A stretch of 64,000 bases of DNA, taken from assembly GCA_038496445.1 (NCBI GenBank), contig JALMLS010000289.1, positions 1-64,000 of the forward strand, written 5' to 3'. Source of the DNA: Trichosphaerium sp. ATCC 40318 (lineage: Eukaryota > Protista > Tubulinea). How positions within the stretch are numbered: position 1 is the stretch's first letter; each line of letters starts with the position of its first letter. The position numbers and the translations under genes were made by a program. Shown in pieces: positions 33,828-48,120 of this stretch. The notes beneath the pieces were generated by a model. That model did not search any database, was not told where the DNA came from, and was given only the letters and a program-made list of their open reading frames with translations.

Positions 33828-36800
33828 CTACTTTCTGTTCCGTTTCTTCCTTAAGAATGCATCTCCTTCTTGCTTAGTCTCTAATACACGAGATAAAGCA
33901 AAAGCAGCATTATCTGCTAAAAAATCTGGTCCATCAGAGAAAAACGAGTAAATAGTATCTACACGCTGAAAATGGTATGGTGTATTCTGAAAGTTCTGAA
34001 TATCACAGATAACTTTAGCAACACGTCTCATTTTCTCAAAGTTGATGATATTAGGCTCTTGTGTCTTTACACGAAGATTAGGTGGGTTACCATGCTCAAT
34101 AAATGTCAAATCTGATAAGAAAAGACCTGATAAGGGAGTAAGGATACAACAATCACAAAGTTGAGAAACTGTTTTTGTTTCGAAAAAAATTTAGTTCTTT
34201 TGTGGAAAAACGTACCAAGAAATGGAAGGCAAGGTGGGTTTGAGTTTACTAAGCAACGTCTATACGTTGCAAAGTTTGTACCCTCAGGAGAATCCCTTGA
34301 CATGAAATGTTTCAATTCAATGTATGTATCAAAAACACGTTTCTCTGATGTTTCGAGTTTCTAATTACAAAAAGAGTTTAAGTATGATTTATCGTCTTAT
34401 GTAGTGTGCAAATAAAAGAAGCTATTTGACGTACGTTCCAAGTGAGATGTAATCGAGAAACTGAGGCTTTAGATAGTCCCAAAATAATCTCATTCAGTGT
34501 ATTAAAATTATTCAATTCGCGACATTTCTACCCAACTTTTTTAATACAATAAATTCAAAACCAAAAAAAAAAACTAAATGTGACTCACCTGTGCAATCTT
34601 GATCATCTTTTTAATAACTTTTACTCTTCCTTTCTTTGATGTTTTACTCAATACTTGAGTAGCCACCCAACTGGTCATACCTAAAAAAGATGATTAACAA
34701 TCAATAACAGAATGAAAGCCAAACTTTTCAATTTTTGCAAAAAGTAAGAAAAAAATCTGTAGATGGTATGACATAACGTACAATTACACCAGTCAATTAG
34801 TTTTGATATATTTGGTGCTTTGACTTTATACTTATTCCAGTTATCTGAATCTAGCACCTCCTTAGGATGAATATCCCTAGATAGGTTTATCAGCATCCAA
34901 AAACAAAAATGCGATTGATAAACTTTTATGCTTGACACTAACCTGTAAATAGCTTGCTCCAATAGAGATAACTGCCTTGCAACCTCGGTTTCATCAAAAT
35001 CATCAAAATTATCACTCTTAGGTTTAACAGACATAGGTGCTTCTTTACGCCAAATAGTAACTGTTTGGCTCTTACTCTACAAAAACGAATGTTAAAGCAC
35101 TGCTTTCCAAAAAAAAAAATTATTCTTCCTTCCGCTTTAAAATCAGCAGTACCGCATCAAATTGACGCAATGTAAACCGACAGCATTTAAAAATTTTGTG
35201 GTGTCAATGAGTTTCAAGAGAATCAAATGTTTCAATTCACGTACATGTGCTTCCATTTGGTCTTTAAGGGATTTACCTAGTTGTTTACCCCATTGCTGAA
35301 ATCCTTCTGTAGCAAATATTTCTTTTGTGCAATTTTGAATGTATTGTATACAAGAAGGATCGTTCTCAAAGTCATGAAAGTGCTCATTAAGCCAACGCCT
35401 TAGAACGTTTACAACTCTTAATCGAACAATTTTAGTTTTTTTCTCATCATCACCTTCTCCTATCTCTTTGAAACGTTTAAAAATAGTATTCAAAAGAGCG
35501 TATGGAGATATATGAGATCTGTAGGTCAACAAGAAAGTATCCAAGTAGCTGTTATCTACGTGGAACTACATTAGTTTGAAAATAAGAGAAAGAGCTAAAG
35601 CTTATTACTGTGATACGTACCAATGTAAAAATCATGCGTCATACGCTCAATAAGCTTTTCTAAAGTGCCTCCCTTGATGACAATTACGAAGTTTTTAGAC
35701 ATCCAAACCAATCCTTCTTTTACTTCATCAGTAGATTGTCCTGCTGTTCGAGATCCTTTTACAGCCTCTCCAGGCCGAAAATGAAGTACAGACGCAGGTG
35801 CATGATTAACAGGAGATCTAGGAGAGGCAGAAGGACTACGTGACGCCTGTTTGGGATGTTAATAAAAGTTGTAATAAAAAAAACGTTATGCGTACGCCAG
35901 GAAGAAGCTTGTTTGTTGATGTATCACCTATGTCCTTTGGTATGATATGATTGCCATCACTACCCACAGACTTGCTTGGTTTTCTATTAGGTCCTGTCGC
36001 TGAAAAACTTGCTCTTGTAGCTTCGTAGTCACCTTTATGATGATTAAGTCTATAACCAAGTTAAGTAAGAATAAACGCACTGTTTGTAACTGTAGTTGCA
36101 CGTCTCCTTCGCACAGGAAGGTTCCCATCACCTGAGGCATTTTGGTTACTATCCATAGACCGCGTGTAAGTAGAACTAGAGGCGATTTGGTTAAAAAAAA
36201 AAGGACAAAAAGGTGCGTACTCCAACTCATGATCAGTTTCGTTTAGTTGTGATATAAAAGGTGGAGTAGGTGTTGTAGGTGCAAGATTTGTTTCAAGAGT
36301 TACGATATCACTCGATAAAACCTCAATAGAGTCATTTGGTGCGATACTAACGCCTAGAGAGAATATAAATTAGCTACAGCTTGGGAAAAAGTAAAAAAGA
36401 AAAAACGCATAGATGACAGATGTCTACGCGAAATTGTAAAAACCCTAACCTGCAATGTGAGTGAGCTGGGATGTCTTTAAATTCCATCGAAGATCCCAGT
36501 AAGCGCCCAAAGGCGATTTTGCAACTACAGAGTCGCCTTGTATCTCTAAAACAGAAATATGCCATTTCATAAACTCCTTCTTTAATAAAGGTAACTTAGA
36601 CTTTACTAGATCAGCCTTGGCTTGGAATTGAAGCTTAAACTGTATCATAGTAGAATTCAATGACTTGCAGAACTTTTCATCCTAAAGAGACATAAATAAG
36701 AGCACAACATAGCCACCAACTGCATGGAACGAATTAAAGGACATACCTCAAATAAAAAGTGAAGTAAATAATTAGCGAGGCCAAAATGTTCACATTTTGT

Positions 36801-37919
36801 AGCAACACTTGCTTCAGCGCAATAAATAGCAATAGGAACAGTATTTTGAACTTTTTGCGTTGCTTGTAGAAGCAAGTACCCATATTTATCAGCAACACCC
36901 AACATTTTATCAGGCTGGAATGTAGATGTAACAAAAGGTATAGAAGCAAACTTTACAGCAGCATCATTGACTACACCAACTTTTTTCTGATTCGATTCAT
37001 CCCATAACCATTCTCTACTAGTACTTTAGTTTACAGCTTCAAGAATACCCTTTTGGGTATAGTTTTTTGTGTACCTCAGCCTAGCATACGCAAGTGGTAA
37101 TGCGCGTAAAGCACGTTTATCTAGAAACAAAGGTCCTGCGCCTGTTGTACTGTACTTCTCTTCAAGTACATCCGGAATTAAGATATTGCCTTCTAATTCT
37201 AACGCTTTTGCAACACCGACGTATATTACTACTTGTGGCACCCATTTTGCAATCAATACGCTTACAGAGTCTCCAATAGAGCGTAACTAGCGAAAGTATG
37301 AGTTGTACTGAAAATTTACCAAAATGGCATTTCGTGGACAGTTGTATGTTCTATTTACCTCGTCTGATGTATCAAATTGAAGTACAAGTATTGTCCATAA
37401 ACACTAAATGCGTATTTTAGATTAATTCTTTTTTCAGAAGCAAAACGCTCTGCGTACCTTTCCGTTTGATGCACACATACTCACAAGCGCTCCCTACCAA
37501 TTTCGTAAATTTGCAACACCGTACAAGTTCTTTAATTACCTCTTTTGTTCTCCAACTGTGAGTCACTTCATCCGCACCAACGGATTCAAGGATGTCACTC
37601 AGAGATAAATTGGCATTTGGCGAAACAACTAGCCCATAGTTTGTTGTGTCGTTTGGGCGATATAGCGGTTCTGTGGTGACTGCCCTGGGCGATTGTTTGG
37701 CGTTATGGTTGCCATTTTGATCTAAACAGCAGATTAGCTTACAAAGCGTTAAATGATGGCAAGAGAACAATATCACGTTAGTATTTACTAAAAACACTAA
37801 TCAAGCTCAAAAATAACAATTGCAGTCTGTATGGTAAATACAGCTTGCTTGACAATCAACGAATTGACTAAAACGTTATTTGCGCGTTTAACAACAAACT
37901 TACCCACAAATCGACTCAT
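33828..37919 (-). CDS. RasGEF (REM + CDC25 domains) with an N-terminal degenerate phosphorylase-like domain (multi-exon)
   Basis: REM IKGGTLEKLIERM, YLDTFLLTYR, RLRVVNVLRRWLNEHFHDF. CDC25 EVARQLSLLE, LNNFNTLNEI, NFATYR..NPPCLPFLG, DLTFIEHGNP, INFEKMR. 5' exons approximate. Confidence 0.9.
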
Positions 37920-38526
37920 TCTACGCGTTTAAGATCAGTCGAGTAACAACCACCAACGCAATATAGAGTGTACAGGAAGTTACTTTTAATATAAATGTTT
38001 TCCGGTTTTGGTCAACAAAACTGTACAAGCGAAGCTATTTTGGCGTCGGAACAAACTTTTGCGTCCCAAACGTATGATCTTGTCCTACTTTTTCAAACCA
38101 AGCACTTAAATTTGACAAACAACGCTAGTGTCAACTACATCACGTATCTTGGTAGTTTGACATGAACGTGACTATATTTCGCGTGAAATGGACTATAGCA
38201 GGCTCAAATTTGACATTGCTCTATCTTGTTTTATCCACAACTTTTAGTAAGTACAGTTTTTGCTGTTTTAGAGCGCATAAAAAGAGTTGCTGGGCGCTAC
38301 ACCTCTTTCGGTTAAATCTTATACAAACAAACGTTTACACCTATTTAATGGAAGTGAATTACAATCACACGTGATTAATTTAATATTATTTAATGCTGTG
38401 TATTTATTTTCGACCGTTAACGGACAATTTTACAACCCAATAAGCTTGAGCTCATTTCCGAATAACAACTATCGTACCAAGCCTTTTTCTTCCCACCTAC
38501 GGAAATACTATTCTTATTACTTATCA

Positions 38527-40466
38527 ATGATGGGTAGTATTTTCGCAAGCGAGTAGGGAAACTGAAAGTAATTGCTAATGTTGTTTTTTTTTTCTAGTAG
38601 TTCAAAGCTTCGATTTACGTTTTAATCCTGGAGTTACCAACTTGCAAGACATGGTATGGGTGAATAGTAGCACAGCATTACTTTGCATATCGGACATACG
38701 TAATGGGAGTATAGTTGCTATTGATGTCAGCGGTGAGAATCAAACCAACAGATATTAACATTTTACTTAACATTGTAAGGTACCTTCGCTACAGAACTGG
38801 AGCTGTGGCCCAACAGAAGTTCTATGTTCCATGATAATCACCCGCAAGGCAAGAGCTAAAAAAAAAAAACTACGTGCACTTAATTTATTTATCTTTAGGG
38901 ATTGCAACACGTGGAGGTATAGTATACACTGGCGCTAGTACTGAGTTCTCAGTGGTATGCTAACTCATGCTCCAACAACCTTCTTTGTTGATTTGTACCT
39001 TGTACCAGGTATTGTTCAGTGTGTCATCTTTCGAGTACCTTGATGGATTTAATGTACCAGAAATTGGCTACCAATCTAATCTAAGACAGCTCGCTTTTAA
39101 TCCAAGTGGGACATACCTAGCAATTGGAAGATCAATTGAGAACGAAGACGGTTTAATGACAAGTGGACCAGTGATATATGAGTTTACTTCTTTAAATGAT
39201 ACTATTCCAAGGTATTACAATACAATCAACAGAACAGATTGGTCTACTAATTGGGGAGGTCAGGTACGTATGAGCTTAAAATATACTTTATTAACTATCA
39301 ACAGGGATGTACATTCATATCAGAGTATGACTTGCTTATCAGTAATGGTCATGAGATAATACGATATACTGATTTTCGTGCGTGATTGTTTCTTTCTTTA
39401 TAAAAAATCACGTGCTGCGATTGTGTTTTAAGCTTATTTTTTTTTCTAGGTGATACCTCTTCGTACTTAATCTTTGTATCCTTACCAGATAATAAGGCAC
39501 AAAGGCTGAGCTTCTCGTATAATGTAATCGCAGTTGCATCATTAGATTTTGTTCGTGTTATCAACATGACAGGTATGTAGTAGTTTGCTGTATTGTTATA
39601 ATGGTCTAGGTGTTGTTATCTTTGAGAAAAAAGAGCTATTTAAAGCTCAATCAGCCGAAATAAGCCCAGACCTTAAGCTATGGTATATCAGTAACCGAGA
39701 ACTGGTGAGAGAGGATATTTCGTATCTACCCCTCTGTGATTCTGGCGGTCAGATAAATGTTAATGTCGAGCAAGAATGTATTAATGGAACTTGGACTATA
39801 ATAGGGGACTACAAACTACCACCGTCCTTGATCATTGACACAGGAACTATTACTGTACAAGGTACGCTGAACGGAAACTAATGTTTGTTATTTGATGGTA
39901 TGGTAACTCGTTTGATTGTACAAGGTGACTTGATTTGGACAGATGGAAGTACAGTCGTTGCCAATGGCGCTATAACGTTCAATGTAAAAGGATGTGTCGA
40001 AATTAAAGGTATGTGTGAATAAATAATAAGAAAGCTCTGAAGTGTTGTCCTTCAAGACGCCAAGATGATCATAAGTGAGTCAGCAAACCTTCCCAGAAAC
40101 TCAACATTGATCAACTACAATGATACCAACTGCGTTGTTGATTCAGTTCCCACTGTTGAGATTGATGGATGTCGTACTGCAACAATAAAGAAAGGTGCTT
40201 ATTGGTATTATATAGCGTTTTCCTAACACTTGATTTTAATAGAAACAAGTGCTTTGTTTTTGATTGTTGATGACGCTGAATGCAATACTGATGAGTCATC
40301 GGGAACAAGTACAACAAAATACTTTATTGGAGCATTTGTAGGATTAATTATATTGATAACTATCATTGTCCTTGTTGTACTACTGATACTAAGACCGAAT
40401 TGGCTGTTTCCATTTCGAATAAGGAATAGTATACGCTCAGGTGAACTTGTAACAGAAGCAATATAG
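38527..40466 (+). CDS. Type I membrane protein with beta-propeller-like ectodomain (multi-exon; start unresolved)
   Basis: LAFNPSGTYLAIG-type blades, Cys-containing juxtamembrane domain (CINGTW), C-terminal TM FIGAFVGLIILITIIVLVVLLIL, stop 40466. Confidence 0.65.
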
Positions 40467-40737
40467 AGTTCGAAATAGTCTTTTAGATGTAAACTTTCGA
40501 CATTTTAAATAAACAGTCAAAGCCATGGTTGATCCATACAGTATTTGTAAAACCAAGTTACCATAGATAATGCAGAACATTCATAAGAGTCAAGATATTC
40601 AAAAAACGTCAGATAAGTGCACAACATTTTCTTTAAGTCTCATTGAGTACTGGACTGTGGGAACTTAAAAGTCTGGACGATTTTCATAACAGTTTACATT
40701 TCTTTTGGTTTTTTTTTTTACAATTGTGAAGACTTTT

Positions 40738-42846
40738 CTACTCTTCCATAGTCGCTGACTGTGTTAAAGAGTTCTTGAACTTCTCAACCTCTATAAAATA
40801 GAAACATTACTATTAATATAATCCATAAAAGCGAGAAAACCAAACAATAGAGGTACTGTACCTTCTTCCAAGTCTAGTTCTTCATCTTCTTCTGTTGTTA
40901 CACTGTTCACTTGCGATCTACAACAATCAGTTTGTAAATACAACCACTACAACGTACTCATTTGTTTCTTCATTATACCTAATAAACATAAAAGTATTAT
41001 CATGCCTATATATCCTCACACTATCATCTTTATAATCCAGTTAGATACTAAACAGAAAACAAACTAATAAAAAAGTTACCAAATGGAACCCTAGTCCATT
41101 CCCTTGGGTCCTCCCAAGGCGGTGGTATGTCATTCACCTTTGATGATACTACATCACGTAGGTTCTCAAGAGATATTGATTCTTGACTACTAGACTGCGA
41201 ATACAGTTGTTGAACCTGATCAACAAAAATACTTTAGCAACAAAGTAGGTTGGATAATGTTCTAAGCATACCCAACTTGTTAAACCCGTTAATTTAGTTC
41301 GCTGTGAATTCTCAACAATACCTTGAATCCAATATCTTCTACTTTCACGCGATGTATTATCAACAATATGTCTATACGTCCTCATCGCCTCTCTAAACTT
41401 TTTAGAAAAATTCAAAAAAGAAAATGGCGACTTAAAGCCGAACAACTAATTGCCTTAGAACGTACGTTTTATCTATTTTTCTACATGACATCATTGCATA
41501 AATAACTGATATTATGTGAATTCGTTGGTCAAAGAATGAATGACCAGTAGCTGTCTTATATTCATCTGGTATATTTCCATCATTTTCTATTAGCTCAGCC
41601 ATCAAGGATTTTAAGAATCTGATAAGTTTCACTATCATGAAATTTTTTGTAAAATAGTCGACTTCTTCCAAGTCTACATCCTTAGATTCAGCAAAATCGT
41701 GTATCCAAGAATCAGCCCTAAGAAAAAAACGAATATCAGATTACCACAATATCAAGAAAAAGTGACAAATAGTTCTGACAGAATGTGTCAGAAAAAAATG
41801 AGAAAATAAGGGTTTGTTTCTTCAAAAATGCCTCGTACAATGAACGCATTTTAATTACGTGTTTCATGTCTGCTTCTACATCATCAACAATACGATCATT
41901 ATTTAGTTGCCATTGTAACCAGAAATCATTTGTTTTTACTTGCTTGCTATCAACAAAGTCTTCAATACTTACAGCTGATTCATCTTTCAAAAAAAATTAG
42001 GTTAGCACTATCAATAAAGAAGTGATAGTTATGTAAACTTTTGTGTGAGGTGAATAAGTTTGAAAGACGTTAAAAAAGAGGATGAAGATTACAAAAACCT
42101 TGGATAACGATGAAATAAATGTACTTTTTTCTTCTATAAATTAAAAAAACACATTGCATTTTTTGACATGTGTCAAACATTTACTTACCAAATAATCCTT
42201 TATTCTGCTTGTAATCAATATTGTCTAATTATTAATGTTAGAACTGTTTTAAAATGAAATTGTTCAAAAAAAAAAAAAATTCGGTTTTTCAAAAATACTC
42301 GTTTCATTGTAACGACCAAATTGAGTTGGAAAAGACATAAATTTAGCTTACTTATGAACAAGTTCTACCGCCTCTGCGCTGTTTCATTGTAAGCCGATAT
42401 TATTGATTAAAGCATACGCATCATCGTCTAAAGACATAAATTTAGCTTGTGACTTGGCTCTGAACCCTTTTAACCGTTCTACCGCCTCTGCGCTGTTTCA
42501 TTAAAGTAAGCCGATATTATTGGTATTAAAGCATACGCATCATCGTCTACAAGGGAATGTAGTAGTTTAAAGTATGTATTAGATTCTTTTGAGCTTGCTT
42601 CTTTCTTTTTTTTCGCTCTTTTTCGTTTATTATCCTCAATCTGTAGCTTTCGCTTCTTAGCTACGTTTTCTTTCATTTTTTGGTCCTCTACATAGCGCTT
42701 CGACAAAGTCACCTATAAAACGTCGTCAATGCGTATTAATACGCATAAGCAGTAGTATTACTGCTTATTCAAAAGTTTGACAGCAAAGCGCTCTTTACCC
42801 TAGACCTTCGTCTTGCTATGGCGGCTGCGCGTTCTTGGTCTGCCAT
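40738..42846 (-). CDS. Hypothetical multi-exon protein with basic coiled-coil N-terminus
   Basis: MADQERAAAIARRRSR..., KKRKLQIEDNKRKRAKKKK; further open exons at 41149-41990; no family recognised. Confidence 0.45.
42332..42549. repeat. Imperfect tandem duplication of an exon end and intron
   Basis: GTTCTACCGCCTCTGCGCTGTTTCATT..GTAAGCCGATATTATTG..ATTAAAGCATACGCATCATCGTCTA occurs at ~42362 and ~42476; AAAGACATAAATTTAGCTT at 42332 and 42430. Confidence 0.9.
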
Positions 42847-43120
42847 TTCAATAGATCTAGATGTATTTGATGCCTATTTGATGCTATGACAACAATCTCT
42901 GAATACCAAGTCAAGACAGTTCCAGTTCGAAGGTCAAAAAAAAAAAGCACTTTCCACCGTCATTTCTTATTTGTGTATTGTATTTGTCTGTACAGCATTT
43001 CTATCTTTACATTGTTTTAAACCAAACTAATGAGTTAATTGCTCTTAAGAAGGTATCCTAAAAGAGCAAATAACCTAGTTTTTCGAAGTTTTGTGTTTCA
43101 TATTTTTTTCTTACAGTTAG

Positions 43121-45552
43121 TCACGGAGAAGGTTCTTCCTCGTCATCTGCTTCCAAATCTCCAGGTAGATCTGGAAGTGACTTGATACCAGCTGGATCAC
43201 TATCATAGCTTTCAGTTACCAACTTGTGCTTTTTAATCTTGTCAGCGAGCTCTAAACACTTCTTTGTGAATACTGGAGAAGCTATAAAAAAACATGTCAG
43301 CAAGATCATTACAGAAGTCGTTAGGTACAAAATGCAAAGAAAGCAGATATAAGGCCACCAAAGGGTAAAGAAATTGCAGCAAGCATAGACGTCCAAGGTC
43401 CAACAGTTGTAAGATGCTCTAAAAAGAGAATAAATAAACCAATTTCCATTTTTTTGCTTACCTTGAGCACACAATCCGCCAGGATTAGCGGCTTCACAAA
43501 AAGCGTATCTAACCTCTCTTTCAGTAGCTTTGGCTATTGGAATCGTTGTGAATTGTATAAACAGTACAATCTCAGCAGTACACAAGAGCCATACCTGTAG
43601 CAAAAACTTAGAACAAAAACAAGAAAAAAAAAATATCTCGTACCATAATGAGGTAGCCCATATGTATAACTTTAAGTTTAGCATACGCATTCTTACTGCT
43701 TTCAGATATTGCTTTATTTTTGCTTGCCTAGTAAATACATTAGGACCCTTTACGAAGACTTTTTAATTTACCTTGTGAAATTTCCACGCAATTAGCAAGA
43801 TGTTCACAGACTGTATCAAAAGGGGTATCACTACCGGTATGACGTAAAATAGAGTATTCAGTATAGTATACATAGTACTGAACCTATCGACCTTCCAAAA
43901 CGCTACACAAAGATATTAGAGCAACTACTACTATACAACTGCAAAAAAAACAGCTTTAGAGGACTTATCGTACCAAAGCAACCACGAACACAACCAGAAA
44001 AAACTGAATATTTGTCATTAATTAAGAATGCTGCAGTAGCACCCAATGGAAGTATTAATCCAGAAGCAAACGCGATGTTTCTGGTTGTTACAATTAGCTC
44101 AATTGGTACAGTTTAAACTTGAATGTACCTATGCCATTTTTGCCACTTAAAGTGTGGTTTCTTTGAATACATGGCAATGACAACTGCTGTTCCATATATG
44201 GCCCAGTAGTTTAAGAAAAGTTCCAGTGGGAGGAATGTGATAATAGCTAGAAAAAACACTTAAGTAAAAAAGTACGACAACAAAAAGGAAACTAAACTAA
44301 AGGTACCTGAAATAGCACATGGCAATTTTTCATACCAGTCTCGAGATGACTGTCTAAATCTACTATTAACACACGCTAATCCATCAAAAGCTCCCGGTAA
44401 ATTTGTCATTGAGGTAAGTGTAGCCATCCTAAGCAATAAAACAAAATAAACAAATTGGAATGAAATATAATGCTTACCAAAGAGACAATAGAAGTATGTT
44501 AGACGGAAACGTTGTTCTGAATTTTTTTGATAGACTCAATATAGCGCAAGCTAAGGTACCAAGAACACTACCAGATATCCCAATAACCAAGTACGTCTTA
44601 AAAGAAATACTCAATTGGCGCAACAAGAAAAAAAAAAAGTATTCGGAGAAACTTTGACATACCCGTTTTTCCGCCGTACAATGTTGTCCTGGGTGAGGAC
44701 ATTTTAATTGACACTCATTAGCCTTGTCATAGTATAAAGTAGGATGAAAACAATCATCAGGTCCCCACTCTATAGCATAGTCGTTGCAAGTTGAGGCGTC
44801 AGAAAAGGTATCCGTAAAAATATCTAAAACACTCATTAGCCACTAGATTAAGGCGTTTCTCTTCTTGAAAATAAAGAACGGTCCCCTCTGCTTTAATTAT
44901 TCTTGAAAACGCACTTGGAAGTATCTCTTCTTTGCCAGTACAGTTTGGTTTATATTCCGCTGTAAGAGATGCAAAGTTAGCAAACTCGAATTCGCAATCT
45001 GCAAGAACACGCTGACAGGTCGATACACATGGTACAGAAGGAAGCAAAGAAACTCCACATTCTGCTGGCCTACAATTAGGAAGTTTAGAAGTCGCTTTTA
45101 GGCAAAAAATAAAACAATTTCTTTACCTGAATATCCGTTTACATGAGAGTTCTTTTAGCGCTGGCGCGCATCTAAACACAATATAAATACGTATGCTGAC
45201 GCGATCAATTATTTTTCCGCTAGAAAAAGTAGTAGTGAACGATTAGACATGTCTATTATCGTTCTCATGGTATGGTGCTCTGTTTTTGTGGTTTTACGGT
45301 TAGAAATGTGTTCACATACCTTGGACTGGGACTAAAGTGAGAGAAAAGCGCTATAGGCAGCGATAAATTGGCATAGAGTTCGTCTTGCTGAAGACCGTCC
45401 ACTGACGCATACGTATCATTGACTGGAGCACCAGAAGCTCTATCAACGTATCTACACACGTTCTCTACTGGAAATGGATCGCAACTATAGAAGCCCTGTG
45501 CTTTTATTATGCCAATAGTTGCAATTAAGAGCAATAACACCCGCAAGCGCAT
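43121..45552 (-). CDS. Frizzled/Smoothened-like 7TM receptor with N-terminal cysteine-rich domain (Fsl-like)
   Basis: Signal peptide; CRD Cys spacing (CAPALKELSCKRIF, PCVSTCQRVLADC); CQLKCPHP linker; TM region with FPSNILL, CAIS..TFLPLE..NYWAIY, FSGLCSWC; acidic C-terminal tail. Confidence 0.8.
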
Positions 45553-45639
45553 TGAGGGACCCAAATAATCCTGAAGCGCCGGAGTGCGTTTAAAAATGTT
45601 CCAAAAAGGATTTCGGAGTTCGCTTAACTAATTATTACC

Positions 45640-46070
45640 TGTCAAAGTTAGACACAAAACACACTGTTAAGCAGTGCGAAGAACTAGGATATGCCAGCGC
45701 ATACATCAAAGAGAAACTAACTAGTATTCAAGGAACTGCAATCAAAGGATTGCAGGACATCTACAAACCAGATGCGACCTCCACCAAGAGTGGTGGAACA
45801 GACACAAAAAACAATTAGACACGGCCTCAGAGTTGGACATTCAGAACAATCTGGATGACACGATAGGACACATTACTTAATTCATTATTGAAGCCAGCTG
45901 GATATATGTACCAGACTGGAAGTGGTAAGACAAGGAGCCAGGCCCAAGGGCCTGGAGGCAACCTACGGTTACCTGCTTTAAGCCAGACTCCGAATGGAGC
46001 TCCTTGGACAAGACAGGAATGTACTTGACCACACAGATAGAATAGAATAGAAGAATAGACAAACACTAAA
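45640..46070 (+). mobile_element. Possible 3' fragment of a non-LTR retrotransposon
   Basis: Purine-rich, intron-free segment; short frame ELGYASAYIKEKLTSIQGTAIKGLQDIYK resembles the last helix of REL-endonuclease LINE ORFs; ends in an (ATAGA)n-like tract at ~46036-46059. Weak. Confidence 0.25.
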
Positions 46071-46506
46071 CGTACAAAAGCAAAAGGTTTCAAGCCATGA
46101 AAATTTGATTTTAACCTTAGCTGTGGAATTGATACGGCTTTAAGTATTTTTTTTTTTATTGGTCATCTCATTTTCAGCGGCATGTTGTGGTTCGCTATGA
46201 AACTGTAGATTCATGTAATAGTATGCTATTCGTGCCGAAAACTGATTATACCCATGACGTTACTCTATAGCTCATAGAAGATGTCTCAATCATGTGCCAC
46301 TAAAAATTGAGATTACGGAAAAATTGTACCTAAAATCCATATCAAGTTGCTATATTTCGGTACGAAGACCTGCAGCTAAGCAAGTCAAACAACAATTTTT
46401 TTTTGACAAAAAACTTGACGCTCAGTTACTATTTCTAGTGTTTATTTGTTTGATAAGTGATACACGCGAATGTGTTTAATATGCAGTTAAAAGGGTAGAA
46501 AGGTAT

Positions 46507-47378
46507 TCATGGCCTGAATTTCTTGAGAAGAGCAAAGAAGGGCTTGTGAACTTCAACAAACGTTTCGTTCTTTTGCACTGCTTCCCAGAACTTTGCAACT
46601 TTTTCAGGAAGAGGCACATCATACAAAGCGACATGGATAACTTGAGCAAGAGCTATAGCCAAAGCAACATCACCAAGAGACATTGACTTACCAACAAGCC
46701 ATACAGAATCTTTAAAGTACGTATCATTGCAAAACTTGAACTGTAAAACAAACCATAAGAACTAACGCCAAAACACGTGATTTTTTTGTTTACTTACTTG
46801 TTCGGTCATTTGAACTTTGAGCGCAGCAGTCTTGGTCTTGTCTTCGTCTTTCTTGAGGACAATAGGAATGAAGAATGTTTCAAAAGCGTATTTGTTGCAC
46901 GTGTCAGCGATATTGTTCCTTACTGACTCGAATACAGTGTCAACCTGTAGATTAGATTAATGACCGTTTTTGGATGCAAAATGATATCTACTTACCTTTG
47001 CAAGTTGCGCAGCGTTATCAACAGGATACAAAGAAGACTTGCCCTTAATGCAAAAGTACCTATGGTCAGATTAGACATTGTCCTTTTTTCTCAATCAATT
47101 CAGTCGCACCTGGCAATAGCAGCAGAGTCACATACTATGGTACCGTCAGCTTCTTTGATAGCTGGTACTTTGCCAAGAGGATTGATTGCTAAATACTCAG
47201 GCTTCTTTTGTTCATTTTCAAGAAGAGCAACAAGCTATAGAAGTATCAATACCAAGAACTTTGACTTACTTGCGACAATAGTCACCTGTAATTTTATGTC
47301 AACTCCTGAAAGTGCACCTGCCATATGTGCAATACGGCATGGTGCAGACATTGGGATTTGGTACAGGGTTGTTGCCAT
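46507..47378 (-). CDS. GST: Glutathione S-transferase (theta-like), 5 exons
   Basis: TLYQIPMSAPCR, EQKKPEYLAINPLGKVPAI, YDSAAIARY, WLVGKSMSLGDV. Confidence 0.92.
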
Positions 47379-48120
47379 TGAGAAGTGCTTTCGTTGATAT
47401 TGTTGTTTGTCTATTCTGATTGCAGCATTTCTAAGTACACATTTGAAACCAACTAAACTATTGGCCGGTCCCGAGGAAAACGCCACGTTCGTATAGAGGT
47501 ATTTAATACCTAGAATAGGTTCGTGTCAATCACATAATGTTGTTGATATACTTTTCAGTATCTTTAAGACGGCAAAATATTTAGCCGGATATCTCATTAT
47601 TTTGAGACTTGTCACCCCTTCAATTTTGTGTATGGACTATCACCACTTTGGTTATCACCAATCTTGTAAACAGAAACGGATAAATATAAGAAGAAGTGAT
47701 AGCCAAGTGCTGAGTCATTGGTGGAGAATATAGCGGAACAAATCACATTTCACAAACGACACGTGTCAAGATGCGAGCTCACTGCAAGTTGCTCATCACA
47801 AAACAAAATGCAAGCAAACTTATCGAGTTCGTATGCAAGCTATCGATGTTTGGCAAAGACGGTGAAGGATTAAAGTCGCAACTAAAAGAAACACAACCTC
47901 AAAAAATGACAGGTTCTTTAAAGATGTAAAGATCTGAGTAATCCAAGAAAGAAAGAAGCGCGAACAAGAATAATTCAACGGTTTTTTTTGTTTATTGTAC
48001 AAATGACTTAATTCAACCCTACAAAATTGGTGTTTATAAGCATAACAACAAAAACCATCAAGAAAAAAAACCGCCGAATAAATGCGTGTGAGTTTACTGC
48101 TAAAATACTTTTTATTATTG

